64,000 nt of DNA from Nymphaea colorata. Its lineage: Eukaryota. The stretch spans positions 19,282,001 through 19,346,000 of the forward strand of contig NC_045138.2 in the NCBI RefSeq assembly GCF_008831285.2, written 5' to 3'. The position numbers were made by a program, and so were the translations under genes. Shown here one piece after another: positions 47,797 to 64,000 of the stretch (the first letter of the stretch is position 1; each line of letters begins with the position of its first letter). The notes below the pieces were generated by a model, which saw nothing but the letters and a program-made list of their open reading frames with translations, did not search any database and was not told the origin of the DNA.

Positions 47797-50700
47797 AACT
47801 ATATTAGATGAGGAAGTCATCCAAAAAACTCCCTAAGAAATCTGCTTATTGATGAGTAAGTGCAGTAGTGGAAGCAAAGGGGGCCGGCCGGCATGGGCCA
47901 ATCCACACAACCCCGGAGAAGCCATCACCATGGTAAGATCCTGCTTCAAATTAGAAATCATGACCGTCCTCAAACTTTAACTGACTTCCACCTCCTTTGA
48001 CCATTTTATCGCCATGGAGGCTTCCTTGCATGAACTCCAAATATTCAATTCCCTTCCGATTATTTAGTTTCAAATCTACATTGAAAATCGAATTTGTGTC
48101 ACTAATGAATTCAAGTGTTATTAATCAGCTTAGCAGAAAAAAAAATTGTGCAGATATATAGTGGAATTAAAATCCGCCTACTGCATTAGCAACGGTTTTT
48201 TGTTGAACCATGGCTTTTCGAGATTTTTACCAGCAGAATCTGGGATTTTCAGTGAAGATTAAAAAAAAAAATAATACATTTGGCAGCCAAAATTTTCAAT
48301 TTATATGCATATGCATGATTTGTCAATTTCTTTGTCCAGGTTTAGATACAGAAATACTCGTCTCTCATATATAGAATTTGTATATGCCTCTGTTTGGGTT
48401 TGAATGGATAAATATTTCTATCTCTGGCAACACACTACCCAATATATTGCATCAAGCTGTATGTTTAATCATGTAAACTTGATGTATTGCATAGAGTGGC
48501 CATGATTAAAGGACGCCTAAGTTGGCTCGAAAATTTGTGCATATATATATATATATATATAGTCAGCAATGCAATCAACTAAACGCTGAAAGAATATTTC
48601 GACGATGTAATGCACTCAACAATTGTTAAGAGTGAATAAATGTCTCGATTCTCACCAACTAAGTTTGCAGCTGATTAAGCCCATCTTGATGATGACGAAG
48701 ACAAGTAAGAGCCTAGTTTTGGATATCATCTAAAATGTCATGTGATTTCTTCTTTTCCCCCTTTGGGATGACCATAAGGTGAAGGAATAATAGTACTTAA
48801 TATATGCTTCGCCATGAAAATGGTAGGGTTAAGAAAGATTCATATCGTTATTCATACTTTGCTCCAAATGTCCTCAAACAAAGACAGACAATTGCTTAAT
48901 TAAAAAAGTTAACAAAGAATGCTAGCTTAGCTCGACCAGACTAAATCCATTATGTGCATTTAATAAAACATTGCTTTGATAAAACAATAAATCCATTATC
49001 TGCATGTTTGAAAAGTCAAGTCCTTTCTAATTTCCTATTATGTGTGTACCTATTGCCGTGCGCTTGAACTTCTTATTAAATTATGCTTCGCAATCTTAGA
49101 AGGTTAGTTTTATTTTCTGGAATATTTCGAGAGCAATGTATATGGACACTTGTGACTTGTGAGGATCCAACCTGATGTCAACGGAAAAGAGAATATTTAA
49201 CGTGATTTTGACGTGTTTTTTTAATTCCCCATAAAATTTGACTTTCTTTTTCTTTACATATCGGTTTTTTTTTTTTTTACGGGAAAAATGCACCTAGATG
49301 GTGGTATGCGGAAGATGCATATATAGTGCAAGAGCAAGTCATGGTCTTCGTATTCGTATTGATGATTTAACACCTCCATATTTAATTGGTTATGTATGCT
49401 GATATGCATAAAACACGGTGCTTTTTATTTTTTTTAAAAAAGTTCGTTTTTTTCGGTGAAAATGCACCTAGATGGTGTGTCGCCAAAGATGCATAATACG
49501 AGGACATTATGCATCCATATCTAACTATATACGCATAATAAGTAGTTATTTTATTTTATTTTTTATTAAGGATTAACGTATTTTTTTCCCGTGAAAATGC
49601 ACCTAGATGATGCTACATTCCAGATGCATAACACAAGAGAAAGTCGTCACGGTCTCCACGTCCATGTTCTTATTTGCATATGAAAATGTTGCGTAGTTTG
49701 TGAGACCCACTAGCACATTACTGTAATGCCATTGAAGGAATAGAATTCAGAGGATACTATGTTCTATTAATGTGTTTGGTAGCTTCATATCTCAAGTCTA
49801 TGGTCTCGAATCTGTCACTCATTTGACATCCCTTTTTATGTTGGATTCACAAAATAAACAAACAATAGATTTCAGATCGATAGAAAAATGAGAATTTGAG
49901 ATCTTCAGTCTGGCCAAAGCCTCGTATTTAAGATACAAAGGATGCGGGGTTTGATCTCAAGTCCTCCAATCTGAGATCCTTAGACTATGTTTGATAGCCT
50001 TGGATTTTAAATCGGATTCTAAAACCATGGATACATTTGATTGTTTAAATAAGGTAACACAAATTTGATTTTCTAAACTGTGGATTTTAACCTAATTATT
50101 GATTTAAAATCAGCCTTGGATCTCAAATCAGAGGCTATCAAACATGACCTTAGTGATCTCATTCATCTCAGAAGTCGGATCCAAAGTAAAAAGGGTTTGC
50201 TTGGCTCCAAAATAATTATTAGATTTTTTCAATAGCAAACTGTAAATTTCTTTCAAATTAGTCTCCAATTGCTTTTAGATGAATTTTTTCTTTATGGACA
50301 AGCAAGTGAGGAATAAGGAGAGTTTTTTAATTGGTTGTTTTAAGAAGGTTTTTAACTAGAATAATATTGTGCGCTTCATATACATTTCCGTTGTACTTCG
50401 ACACACCGTCATTGTGCCTAGCGTTTGATCATTGGTCCTAAAAATAATGTCCACAATGACATTATGTCTCCCGTCGCTAAGGGGTTTCGCGCAAGAATCC
50501 TTACTTCAGGCTCAAATGAATGGGTGAACTTTACTTTACATAGCGTAATTGCGCAAACTCAAAAATGAATGTGCCATTTATTGCGTTGAAGTATGCTTTT
50601 TGGAGGTGCCTTATAATTATGCAATTATATTTGTTGGCATCTTTGCATGGGTCGACTCATGAACATCAGCTCACATAGTGTTTCAACTGTCAAATGACTC

Positions 50701-51884
50701 TTTACAGCCCAAGGGTACTTTCAATGCATCGAGTTAACGCCTTCGCTATGCTTCAATTTTGCATATCAATATCTCTCTTGTCTCTCAAAGCGGCCACCTA
50801 CCGGTCCTCGCATCGTCTTTTGTACATAAAGAAAGATTATTTCTGCCAATTAGCTGGTTTTTGAAACTGAACTTTATTGTGGTCTCTTTTTTTTATCATA
50901 TTTTAAGTGTAGCTCCAATTCCATTGTATTTATTGACTTTTCATAATCTGACATCCATATTGCAGCGGTGGTCGCCCCAGAGATCTTTAAGTTCTAATGA
51001 ATACCATTAACGCGCTTTCTAATAGAGCTGATTAGGGGAGGTGACAATTTTATTCACAGTATTATTTTATATTTATATAAATAACTCAGCTGAGCCGGCC
51101 CACCCTTAACATGACTCATTATCAGGCCAGGCTGCCCAATCTCAACTTCGGTGAAACGCTACCATGGAAAGGAAGGCAGCGCGGACTCGGTTCCATGAAA
51201 GCAAACCCACCAAATGGTGTGGTCGCCGGTGGATAGATGCCGGACCCTTGACTTGAACGCTTCACCCTCGAAAATTTAATCGCTCTCATTTATTTACATG
51301 GTTTTACCAGGCGCCCGCGCCCGTGCCGCACTAAGCGGATCTAAATTGATCCCTTCCAAATTAATTAATCTGTACTTAAGCAGTGGCGGAGCCAAGAATT
51401 TAAGTTGAGGGAGACAGCTTCGACCCTTCAGCATCAGTATCATCTACCAAGTTGACCGCTGAGAATGGTCAAGTACAGCCACCATGAAATAATCAACATG
51501 GTAAGACTCAGCCAAATTTTTGTTGGTTTTACCAAATGTTTCAATTAAAAAACTTGCAAGTTGAAAGGGATGTTAATTTCAAGTTTAATTTGCAACAAAT
51601 TGGAAGCTGTGAGAAGTTGGGCTTATAAATTATAAATTAAGGCAAGTAGAATGTACCATGACAAATTTCAAAATACCAGTGTACATCTAGTGGTGGAACC
51701 AGAAATTTTGGATTATAAAAATAAATAAATCGTTCAGGTGCCCATATGTAAAATCAAGGTTTTGTAAGCTGCCACGACAAACTTCGGGCGAGCCGATTCA
51801 AGTTTTCTTCAACTTATATATTACTCAGGCTCAAGCTCAAACTAGCTTAACTCGTACAGCTGTGTGTGGCCTTAAGGGTTGTAC

Positions 51885-52001
51885 GAGGGTTGAAACTAGA
51901 AATTTTTTATAAGAAGAGCCGAATTAAAGTTTCTAAATTTTGATTGGGGCCGAAATATCATCTTGCAAAATTTTGATATATGACAAGCAAAGTTTTCTAA
52001 A

Positions 52002-52045
<44 letters not shown>

Positions 52046-52090
52046 TGGGGCCAAGGCCTGTGCTCTCCCTCTCCACCGGCTACGCCCTTG
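51885..52090 (+). mobile_element. MITE-like insertion with internal (TA)n, absent from the paralogous site ~39812-39820
   Basis: The paralogue reads ctgtac-tataacta-ggcagca. Here ~205 bp, bounded by gagggttgaaactag and ggctacgcccttg, lies between gtac and ggcagca. Confidence 0.65.
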
Positions 52091-53049
52091 GGCAGCAGGA
52101 CAACTCATATCCAATGGGTTTAGAGTTCGAATCTAATGGCTACTTCATGCCCCGGTATGTTATTCCTCTAAATTGTAAACAGTGGACTCTAAAGCAAACC
52201 AAAACCTTAGAGATATAAGAATGTAGTCTTGAAAGAGGTTTTGCGTGGAAGGCGATTTCGTAAACATTATAAAAAAAATATACATATGTGCGTATGTCAC
52301 ATATGTGTGTATGTGAATGTATGCAATACAAACATGCATTTTCATAAGCTCAACCAATTCTTATACTGCAGCTCGGCTTGTTTCTCAAACCTAAACAGTC
52401 AGGTTATTCAAGCCTTTTACTAGCACTAAGATTGGAATCTGCCATTTATTCAGGCATTTCTTTCTTGGGTAAATAAGATTTGCATAATGTAGTCGGGTGA
52501 AACTATTACTACATCTGACTCAATTGTTAAATGATAGGATTACAGCCACTCGCATGGACCCTACTCGTGCAAATTCGTAGAATTAATCATGTCAATTTAC
52601 AAATTTGTTTACTAGCTATTTGCACTCACGAATAACAAGGAAACTTGAGTTCTTTATTTTTAAAGTGACGGTTTTTTTTTTTTTTGTTTCTGTTGCAGAA
52701 CTCCTGGGCCGCCTCCTTAAGCAAATTGTCCTGCAAATATACTTAAAAGAGGACTCACCTTGATTTGGGACTCTAAGGTTGTGTTTGATTACCTGTATAA
52801 TTTTTACTTTATGTTGACTACTGTTGTGCTTGGATGACCAAAAACAATGTTTTGTGTGAAGAAGCCAGATTATGATGCCATTTTGACAGCAAAAATGGCG
52901 TTTAAGAGTGTTTGAATGACAATTGAAAATGGGTTTGTGAAAAACCTCGTTTTGCCTCTAAAGCCGTGTTTAATGGTGTCGTCTAAATATTTTAGTAGAA
53001 GCTCGACTTGAACATCGTGAAATTTTTATAGGCGAGCAGGAGGTTAACA

Positions 53050-53630
53050 ATTCAACCTCCAAAAAAGGTTTGTGGTGGGTCCTGTGCTATGTGAGGACCT
53101 GGTAGAGTAAACAAGACATTTGTCCTACCGAGGTTCTAGTGCAGCCCAAGACTCCAAGAAGAGGGAGAATAGACTCCACCAGTTTTCGACGCAGCCCACG
53201 ACCCCATAGGCAGAAAGAATAAAGGAACCTTCAATCCTATTCTCCGACCGTCATAAATGTAACCAGTTGCTCACACAACAAATTTAGAAGAAAGATGTCT
53301 AATCCAACTAAAAATCCACTACTAAAAACACACACTTTCTGAATATGTCCAACGTTCTCCTTGTCTGCATTCAAACGGCCGATTATGGATCGAACATCTC
53401 AAACAATCAACGCGGTCCACCTAACCATAAATGCAGATCTTGAACCCGTTGTGGGTCCTAGTGAGTTTGTTTACTACGACTTCCTTCCTTGCAGCACGCA
53501 ATTTGGTAACTATACAGTCTCAATAATTCCCCAGGATGGCGTCACTGCATGCGTGAGTCCTCATGCTTTCAACCTTCTGCCACTATTAAAGAAAAGCTTT
53601 CCCCACATGTTCCGCCTTATCCAAAATGTG
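53050..53630 (-). mobile_element. Possible degraded LINE zf-RVT region
   Basis: Minus strand gives weak LINE-like motifs, e.g. NADKENVGHIQKVCVFSS (resembling ExxxHLFxxCxFS). Heavily decayed. Confidence 0.35.
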
Positions 53631-53894
53631 CCCAACACCAATCAAGAGGTTCCGGGTTCAAATCTCACTGAGGTTGTCCCCCTACCTGCCCACCCAAACC
53701 TTTAAAAACTCATCTCTTCATGTACCCATAAAATGCTGCCTGTCTGTTCCAAAATTATAAATAAGAGTGTAATTTAATCAAGTAAGTTGTACATCCTCTT
53801 TATGAGTGACAGACATTAAAACGTTACAATCTGCAAAGGTTTTTTTTTTTTTTTTTGTTGCTAGTCTCTTCTTGGTGTGTGGATGTGAATTATG

Positions 53895-54535
53895 TTGTGA
53901 ACGTATTTGCGATTTATTAAATATTAAGTGGAATATTTCCAAATATGTCAAAATTGAGCAGCTATTGGTTTGTTTCTCAAGGAGAAAAGTCACATTGATG
54001 AGAGCAAACTTTAGGTTACACATTGAAATGGTTGCACCAAACCTTGCGCAAGTGGGGACTGTTGGGTTAGACTTGGGTGAGCCTTTTGTTGCTTTCTAGG
54101 GGCAGATTTTCTAGCCCATAGTTTAATAACCCCCAACTTGATCGATTCCAAATGTTCATACTTAATCAAATCCTCCCTCTAACTTAAATCCAATTATCTG
54201 GGATCACATAAAAGGCAATACATAGATGATAAGAAAAAATATAAGTAGTCTTGGATTTACAACTAAGTTTCAAGAAAGCCCTGATCGCGTTTAAGGCTTT
54301 AAGCTTAAAAGTCGGGGTGTTATATTAGGCAGACCTTAGTCTAGTTGTAGCTGGCTCCATATGATCTAGCTCTCAATTTGCATTTGTTTAAGCAAAATCC
54401 CAATAGCTTGGATTTGTTAAACCCGAGATGGAAACAGAATCCCGACCAGTTTACAGCAGTTGGGTGGACTACCATGCCTGTGGCCAACCAGTTGGGTGCA
54501 GACTGCATTATGTGCTTTGCATCTCACACCCACGC

Positions 54536-54582
<47 letters not shown>

Positions 54583-54949
54583 TATGGAGGGAGGAAGGGA
54601 GGGAGAGATTGATAAAAGCTAAGATACTTAGGTCACTAAAAGTTTATTTTGAATAAGACATAAACATCTTAATATATTTGTAGAAATTATTTTGATATAA
54701 AACGTTGCCTTGAATCCAAAGTCATTTTTATGAAAAATATTGATTTTTCTATCGTCAAAATGTTGATGCTATGAGAGCCATTCATTTTTTTCTATTATAA
54801 AAAACATTATTAAAACCCAGAAGATGATCAACTTAAGATATATATTGCATCAACTTGTTCTTAAGATTATATTGGTAACGTTAGATTTAAAAAAAAATAC
54901 TTTAAATATTATATTTAAAGGGTTTGGTTCTGGTTTCTACCAATCACTA

Positions 54950-54996
<47 letters not shown>

Positions 54997-55300
54997 GTGA
55001 GTACGTCAGTTGAATGTAAAATTTAAGAACTTAAGCAGGTTTTTTATTAATAACTGATAAGTTCAACAGCTTCTACAGTTTAGTATATAGTGAAGATTTA
55101 TTTGTTTGGAAAAAATAAAATAAAATAAATAAAACAAAAGATGGCATGTGGCAAGCTTAACAATTCACGATAATCGTTAATTTATTATTTCAGTAGAAAT
55201 TACTCCAAGTCTCTGAATTCATTTGGTCACAACCAATAAAAGAAGAGGGCTACAACTCCAATTATATAGCTTAGGCGACCGGGTACGAAATCTAATAAGG
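53895..55300 (+). repeat. Second copy of the DUF247 upstream block, with no DUF247 CDS after it
   Basis: Paralogous to 21155-23100 and lacks the ~380-bp stretch after the (TA)n (22370-22750). Confidence 0.9.
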
Positions 55301-55799
55301 ACATCTTGCTTTTGTCATACAGCGAGAGATTCAATTTTGAAACTTTTACGATCTAAAGAAAAAAAAATGTGAAGAGCGTCAAGTTGAAGAAAATAAATCA
55401 AATATTGACCCATTCCCCAATCTATGAAGCTGCTGCTGTTTTCAAAAGAAAAAAAAAAAGTGAATTGGCTGAGCAACTTGCACTATAGTAGCTAAAATTA
55501 TCTTATTCATAAAATGTCTTAATGTGGGTTGTAGTTTTCCTAACAATTAAAACTTAGTCAAATGGGTTGGTTTGGAAAAAGTGATGTTTTGAAGTTTTAT
55601 GTCTTTGTCTTTGAAAGTTCACAAGGACAGCTAATTCAACATAGCACGACGCTTTATCGTATGTGCCTAACATGCAAGCTGCATCATATAGCACTGGCTT
55701 AAATGTTCGGCCCCTAGCATCAGCTTTCGATCAATGGAGAAAACATTAAACCCTTTTTCTGAAATTAAGTAAAAAATATTGGACAGACTTTAGACCTAT

Positions 55800-56180
55800 C
55801 TGATCAACAGGCATTCTTCTTCCTCTTTTGTCCTTCTCTCCACTTGTCTGCTTCTTCGGGTCGTGTTTGGAGGTTGTGGTTCATTTCAACTTGGTGACGC
55901 ATTTGAGAAGAGCGCAACAACAAGGTCTTCAGGGACACATTCTCTTCGTCAGATTATATGGCTTGTCTTGTGCAGGGGATGTCCAGTTTGTCATTCAGCT
56001 AAGGCGCCATGGTCCGTCTGCGGTTGGGTGACGGTGCCGCTCTTTCTTTCCTCTCTATTCATACCTTTCTTATTTCATTGTGCATTGTATTGTATATTTC
56101 ATCTTTTTGCTTTTGTTTTTGCCAATTGCTTTTGTATGTAGGAGACTTTTTGTCTCCTTATTATATATTTCTCATTTTAT
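55800..56180 (+). mobile_element. LINE 3'-end remnant
   Basis: From 55865: VWRLWFISTW*RI*EERNNKVFRD, where both stops are TGA for TGG. This is the WxIWxERNxRxF C-terminal motif of plant L1 ORF2, followed by a T-rich 3' UTR-like tail. Confidence 0.7.
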
Positions 56181-56285
56181 CGTGTGAGTCCCTTTCTTAA
56201 GCCGCCATTGTGGTACAAATTCCTGTAAAATAATTTTTCAAAATGCCTTAACTCGTATTTCTTTGTCTCCAAATTTAACATATAA

Positions 56286-56505
56286 AAATCTTGGATAAGT
56301 GATTGATATATAAATTTTAAAATTTTTAATTTAATTTATAAAAGAATTTTGAAAAAAAAAATAACTCTTAATAAAGTTTTGAAGCTATAATTGGGAAATC
56401 TTGGATAAGTGATTGATATATAAATTTAAATTTTAATTTAATTTATAAAAAAATTGAAAAAAACATATTTTAACTCTTAATAAAGTTAAGTTTTGAAGCT
56501 ATAAT
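56286..56505. repeat. ~110-bp AT-rich tandem duplication upstream of the cysteine synthase gene
   Basis: aaatcttggataagtgattgatatataaattt...taactcttaataaagtt...ttgaagctataatt occurs twice. Confidence 0.85.
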
Positions 56506-56699
56506 TCGGCTTCCACGAAAAAGTTAAAAGAACATTAATGTAATATAATATATTTAAAACGAAGATTCGAATCAACCTGAGGGGCTTCCGGAATTTTTAT
56601 CATAATGACGTCGTGTTTTGCAAAATTGATAGAGTGCCGCCCCTCGTCTCCTCCTTTTTTGCAACTCTCCGGGTCAAACACTTCCGAATAAAAAAAAAA

Positions 56700-56925
56700 A
56701 TCTAGAAAGAGAAACTGGGAGAAGGAGAGAGAGAGAGGGGAAGAGATTTTCTATTCATTTTTGGGTTGGGTTATAAAATGAGTTTAAAAATCGCACGCCT
56801 CTCGTCGGCCGCTATAAAATGGGGAAGTAGAGTACCTTCTCTGCGCCTTCCGAATCACAACTCCTTCGCTCGCTTCGTCCATCTCAGTGTGAAGAGTTGC
56901 AGCCTTCAGCCAAAGAGAAGATCGG
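56700..56925 (+). promoter_or_regulatory. Probable core promoter and non-coding first exon of cysteine synthase
   Basis: GA-rich tract ~56720-56740, TATAAAAT at ~56813, pyrimidine-rich leader, candidate donor G|GTAAAA at ~56924. The acceptor ttacag lies just before the ATG-containing exon (~57738). Confidence 0.5.
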
Positions 56926-57745
56926 TAAAAGAATTGCGAGAAACTTTGTTACTCTATGATGTAGCTTTCCATTTTCTAGTGCTCTTTTCAGGCCAGTGAG
57001 AGAATTTTTGCCCTTTCTCTTTCCCGGTTAGTAGGCAGAGAGGGAGAAAGAGAGAGAGTGAAAGAGCGAGTCGTTATGAATGGATGATGCTTTTCTATGT
57101 AAATGAAAGTTCTGAATTTTTACGAAATTGCTACCTTTTTTGCGATTGTATAATTGTAGAAGCTTTTTGGTTCTCTTCCGGAGAACTTCCGGGCGATAAT
57201 GGCTTGCGTTTTCCTCTTTTATCACTCGAAGGAACTAACTTCTGTGGTATTTTGACGATCCTGGACACTTCGCGTTCGGTATTCTAAGAAATGAAGACAT
57301 TGCGGTGCTTCTTTCGATAGTTTTACAGTTTTACTGGAGTTCTCGTTAATCTACGGTGGATTTTTCGGCTGGAGATTTTTTTTTTTCGTTACCTCATTTT
57401 ATTTTTTAACGGTACTTTTATCGTACTATCTATGTTTTAGCGGAGAAAATTGCTCTTTGAAGAAGTAATTAATTGTCATTTATTTTGTTATGATCCACAT
57501 TCCCCCCCCCCCCCCCCCCCCCTTTTTCACGCCCCCTTTTATAAAGTTGATCGAAGAATGCGAAGCTTTTTCTGGCTGTTTGAGTAAATCTTTACAATAT
57601 TTTATGTGAAAGTAAAGAAATCGCTCCGTCGATTCAGTATTAAACATGCTGCCATTATCATCAACGTTTGCATTTATAAGTACCTGTGGCGTTTGGGAGA
57701 ATTAAGGCCTATCTCTGTTTTCTGTTGTTTCTTTACAGTCTGAAG

Positions 57746-62180
<4,435 letters not shown>

Positions 62181-64000
62181 AAGAATTTGCAATGCCGACT
62201 ACAGATCACCTGGTGTTTGTTTTCTTAATATTTTGTGCTGTAATGGCATCCAAATAAACATAGCTTGTTCTTCAAGGATGTTAATTTGTAATTGAAGGTG
62301 GTGCTTGGACATTCGTGAAATTTCTCCGTCATGAAGTGTGTCATACTGTTTGAGAATCTCTCTGGCGAGATGGTTGATTGCCCTAATATCTGGTGTTGTC
62401 CCGCTGTTGAAAGCAACTGAGTCGATCCTGACAGTTAATTGTGGACACTGAAGCATCCGGTTAGCTAGTTGTCCAAAGATTTGCCAAGTCATCTATTAAC
62501 TCTGTGGAGGTCTTGTAGCATCAGCCGCACCTTCTCCCAAACAAAAGTCCTATCAAGTCCGTTGGAGGTTACCAATTACCATTTGGCCTTCTAAGAAATT
62601 ATATTAAAATATTAGATTTTCTGGGCACGCCTAAGTTTCTCTAGACCAACTTTCTGTCATTAGTAAAAGAAAATGACTCTACATAGATAATAATAAAATT
62701 TGGATATATATTTTTAACACATATGAATACAAATGTATATGGTTAAAGAGACCAATTTGAACCAGTAAACATGAAATTTGTTTATACTGGAGCTATCTAA
62801 GTCATTTTATCTCATGAAGCTAACTTGAGGTTGGTGAGAACTTAGGTTTAGTTGACAGAAGGTGTCATTTTTTATAATGGTATAAATTTGGGAGTGTTAT
62901 GGACCGCATTGCAAGGTTAAATATGCCTTCTTAATGGTAAATCTTAAGGTACGAGAGGAGGTCAGCAGTTGATGCTCAGATCTGCCTAAATTAAGAAGGT
63001 ATTGGCCTTGATATAGATATCAATTTAAGATTACAATCCGGAAAATCGCTTTAGAAATATGCCGAGCGACTGGATAGTAAATATGATGACTATATGAATT
63101 GATTTATGAGTTATTCGAAAAACTTTGTTAATCCATAGTATCATGTTAACATTGATTTTTTTTTAAGTTAAAAAAAAAACAACAACCAACTTTATAAATT
63201 ATTCACCAAGATGATCAACTGACTTATGTTCGGTCAGAATACTTCTTATACTTACTGAGTTCAGTATATTCTATGAACCCTTTCCAAAGTATCAACTATT
63301 GTTATTATTACTACTGTTATTCACAGCCTCTGGATCTTGATACCAATCCACGTTTGGATTTGGGTGCAACACGAAGCTTTCCAAACCATACTCAGCATCG
63401 TTACTCAGATCTGGATAGCTCTTTGAATCTCGTTTAAATCAGATCCCGGATTGGGTCATGCCTGAGCCACTGATATCTCAATATGAAACCCTTGAATTTC
63501 GTGGATTTGATGTTGCAGATCTTCTATATACAGCTCACCTGACCGGACTTGTAATTTGGATATGGACAAGATGCAGGCTACTCGGATTCATTTGGCATTT
63601 ATTTAGATTCATCTGCAACGTTGATTGAATGACATGCAACAAACAAGATCTGAACTGCATTAGTAATTGGACCAAACTTGCCTTATCCAGTCGAACTGAT
63701 CGAGTATTAAGCCCGATACTTCAACCCAAATCTGGCTCACTGTAGAGGACCAAATGGTTCCACCAAACGAGTGAAGCTTTGGAATGAGCACAGTTCAGTT
63801 ATTTATAGGAATCTCATTTTATGTTAAATAAAAAGATTCACTTCTACGAGTAATTGATTTTACCTTCATAGCGTTTTTTTTTTTTCTTTTAATCCAATAT
63901 TTGATTGGACTTCCATAAAGAGCCGATCCGAGTCCATTCGGGTTCAGTTTTAAGAATTAGAGTTTAAACTGAAGTCCAAATCCAGATCCAATTATATGAG

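Noticed and set aside
53636..53690. B-box-like ggttcaaatc (also gagttcgaatc at ~39854 and ~52123) suggesting a tRNA or SINE
   Set aside because: No cloverleaf, convincing A box, tail or TSD could be identified by eye.

Overview
Eukaryotic (flowering plant) nuclear DNA, AT-rich and repeat-laden; the species cannot be determined from the sequence. The window is dominated by a tandem array of three LRR receptor-like protein (RLP, Cf-9/RLP6-7 type) paralogues at about 9.3-18.4, 32.1-33.4 and 42.7-46.4 kb. Each is disrupted differently: copy 1 by nonsense/frameshift changes plus a full-length Ty1/copia LTR retrotransposon (10949-16474, 688-bp LTRs, AGTGG target-site duplication), copy 2 by a ~2.3-kb internal deletion, and copy 3 by a single 10-bp deletion ahead of an otherwise intact 967-codon frame. 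An intact single-exon DUF247 gene (23637-25091) lies inside the array. An intact 10-coding-exon cytosolic O-acetylserine(thiol)lyase/cysteine synthase gene (57746-62180, 325 aa) flanks it. The intergenic DNA is a mosaic of kb-scale segmental duplications carrying copy-specific insertions (a plastid ycf2 NUPT, a callose synthase exon fragment, MITEs), plus degraded LINE and copia remnants. The most notable observations are the DUF247 block that is present in one RLP unit and absent from another, the DUF247 upstream region duplicated in front of cysteine synthase, the tandem PBS-derived 11-mers in the copia element, and a candidate in-frame micro-exon upstream of the RLPs. All comparisons were made by eye, so the segmental-duplication boundaries are approximate.
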